Shown here: positions 27,501-30,500 of the stretch, piece by piece | Numbering within the stretch: position 1 is the stretch's first letter | How the letters are laid out: each line of letters opens with the position of its first letter | DNA from: PVC group bacterium (ex Bugula neritina AB1) | GTDB taxonomy: Bacteria > GCA-001730085 | Direction: 5' to 3' | Assembly: GCA_001730085.1 (NCBI GenBank) | Contig: MDLB01000104.1 | Location: 3,117 to 67,116, forward strand | DNA length: 64,000 nucleotides | The notes under the pieces: model-generated | Database searches by the model: none | What the model was told of the DNA's origin: nothing | The model's input: the letters and a program-made list of their open reading frames with translations, nothing else | Translations under genes and position numbers: made by a program

Positions 27501-30500
27501 TCTTCTTCCGTCCAACTCAAAACAAAAGAAGGATCATTCGTAAGGATCTGACGAAAATACAGCAAATCTAATTCGTCAACTTTCCCATCAGCCCCTTGTT
27601 TCCCTTGAGAGTCAACCAAATCAAAATGACTATCGTAAAAACCATCTCTCATCAAAGATTGTATTTTTAAAAGCAAATTTTCCTTCGTATACTTGTAGAC
27701 TTGGATAGATTTTCCCTCTCGATGAGTTTTCTCGTCATAAGAAAACAACCGCCCATCTCGATAAACACCTCTCCAATCTACCGTTGTCACAAGAGATGCA
27801 TCTTCGAAAGACCTTGCTTTAGAAAAGTCCGTCTGAGGAAGAGTGCTTTTTTTCTCATAACGTGTCACAAAACCGTTATCGTCTCTTTCCAAAGCCTTAT
27901 ACTGAACCATCTCTAAGGTTCTTAAACCTTCTCTCTTTTTATATTTCTCGACAAACTCAGCGTAGGATCCATCTTTTAAATCCAAAAGACTTCTTGATTC
28001 ATCCATCTCAACATTTTGAATATAAGAGATATATCCGAAAAGCATTTCACTGTCAAAACGAGAATCCTCTGTCTCTGTGATTTTCCATAAATTTGGAGAC
28101 TCAGCATTTCGGGATAACTCTGTATAAGCTATCGGTTGACCAACTTTAATTGTATCAAGAACAACCTGACCATCCTTAACCCTCGTAAAGTTCAAGGTTT
28201 TATAAACCATATTTTCTCGAACAAGCTCTTGCCAGCGATCTTTTATAGAGTTATTAACAGTAATGAAAATATTATCACCCGAAGCAAGATCGGAAAGATC
28301 AATAAAACCATCTTCATTTCTATCCTGTAAATGCAATTTTAAAAAGTTCTGACCCAATGTTTCTTTAGCCAAATCAGACCCAGAGACAACATCTTGTATC
28401 ATTTGAAACAACAAAGGTTTCCTTAAAAAAGCAACATCTTCTGAATCAATAACACTATCTTGATTCGAATTTTTAACAAGATATTTCAAAACAGAGTCCC
28501 TAACATCGTCAAAGGGTTTCTGTTCAAGATTAAAATCAGACAAAGACTCAAGCAAGCTTTCCCTATAAAACGAATCTTTGGAAACAAAGAGATCAATCGC
28601 TTTAGTAAGCTGAGCAACAGCAAGATCTCCATTCTCAACAGAAGTCAAAAACTCTTGATAATCTCGACTTTTAAATATTTCAAAATCTAAAGCATCAACA
28701 ACCTGATCACCATTTATATCATTGAGTAAATGCTTTAGCTCAATCGAATGAACACCTTCATTAATACCAAGAACGAACTGCTCTAAAACATCTCCCTCAT
28801 AAGAAAAATTATCCAAAGCCGAACCATTCACCGAAACAAGGTTTTTAAAACGCTTCAAAAGACCTCCTTCATAACTTCCTTCCCAAGAAGACTCCTCAAC
28901 TCTATTTTGAATATCATCTATTCCATAAAAAACAACAACAGAGTTGGTCTTTACCTTATTCCCTCTACCATCATACTTATTGAACACATCTGTTTTCTTT
29001 TTTCCATAAAGAGAACTATTAGAAATTTCTTCGTAAGATGAAAGCTGGCCATTAGTATAGTAACGACCTTTTGAATCTCTCTTTGCATTCCACTCAACCT
29101 TTTCGAGATCCAAAACATTACCTTGCATATCCATTTTTGAACTTCTAGAAACATAAGAAACAACGGATCTATCCATTTTCTTATCAGCTTCTGCATAAAT
29201 ATAGCCTCCAGAAAAAGTAGAATGGCTATATCCTAAAGAGTCAACACCTGTTTCCCGAAACCCTAAAATAAAACCATCTTCATTATAAGGACCTCTATCG
29301 AGCTCATTACCATCTTTATCCAGAGCAACTGCTTCCCAGTGAATATTTAAGATTTCTTCTCCTTCTGAAATCTTTTGAGCATCATAAGATAAAATATTGT
29401 CTTGCTCATCGTACTGAATATTTCTCTGACTTTCCCACAAAACTTGCTCCCCAGATTCATTCAAAACACTCCGATCATAAGCGCTTAGTCTTTGAGCGAA
29501 GTCATATTTCATATTATTCATTTGGGTCACAGAAAAAGATCCCTGAGAGTAAGTCTCTTCGGTATATCCAAAAGATCTACCCTGTAAATCGTATGTCATA
29601 TTGAAACGATGAGAATCCGTACGAACACCTTCTACAAAAGATGTTGTCCTATATGACCGAATAGAACCATTAGCATCATATTTTGTATCATACATCTTAG
29701 TTGAATATGCTTCACCATCCTCATTAACACCCTTTTCTTCATAACCTAAAAGCCTTTGGTCTGAGTCGAAAAAGACATTTTCACGAAGAGAAGTGGTTTC
29801 CTCAACTTGAGAATTTTCAAAAATCATTTGACAAAAATCTGAAAAACTAGCAAAACCAATACTTTTCATCGCTTGGGAAAAAATATACTCAGCTTTCCCA
29901 CCTATTTTTTTACTATTCATTTCATCACTAAGATCTTTTAAAATGTTTTGGTCTTTTGAAACCTGTTTTAAAAAGTCTGAATAACTAGCATAGTCTTGAT
30001 TCATTCTTTGAAAAAATTCAAAATCTCCAAAAACTGCTTCAAATTCAGACTCACCCAAAAGACTCACAAGTTTTGAAAGCTCATATAGATCTTTCGAAAA
30101 AAAGTTTTGAATCTCATCTTTTAATTCATTTTTATTGGCATAAAGATTCTTAACAAATTTAGAGTCAAGCTCATAAGATATTGCAGCACCCTGGATATTA
30201 AACTTTAAAATATTCATATCATCTTGACTAAAAGTACTTTTAACCACCTTGCCAGCTTCACTCATCTCTTCATATTCAGAGTAACTATAATCAGTATACT
30301 TCTGAAGTCGACCTTTATCATAGGCTCCTTCAACACGTGCATCACGGATTTTGGTCTCATTGAGTTTATGCATAAACTCATTAACATTACCCCTTTTACG
30401 AAAAACATTTCCCGTCGTTGTTTCTTCGTTATAAAGCAAAAGCCCTTTACTATCGTAAGCAGCTTTTCCCCAACTTTCTGTCATTTCAGAAACAATAAGA

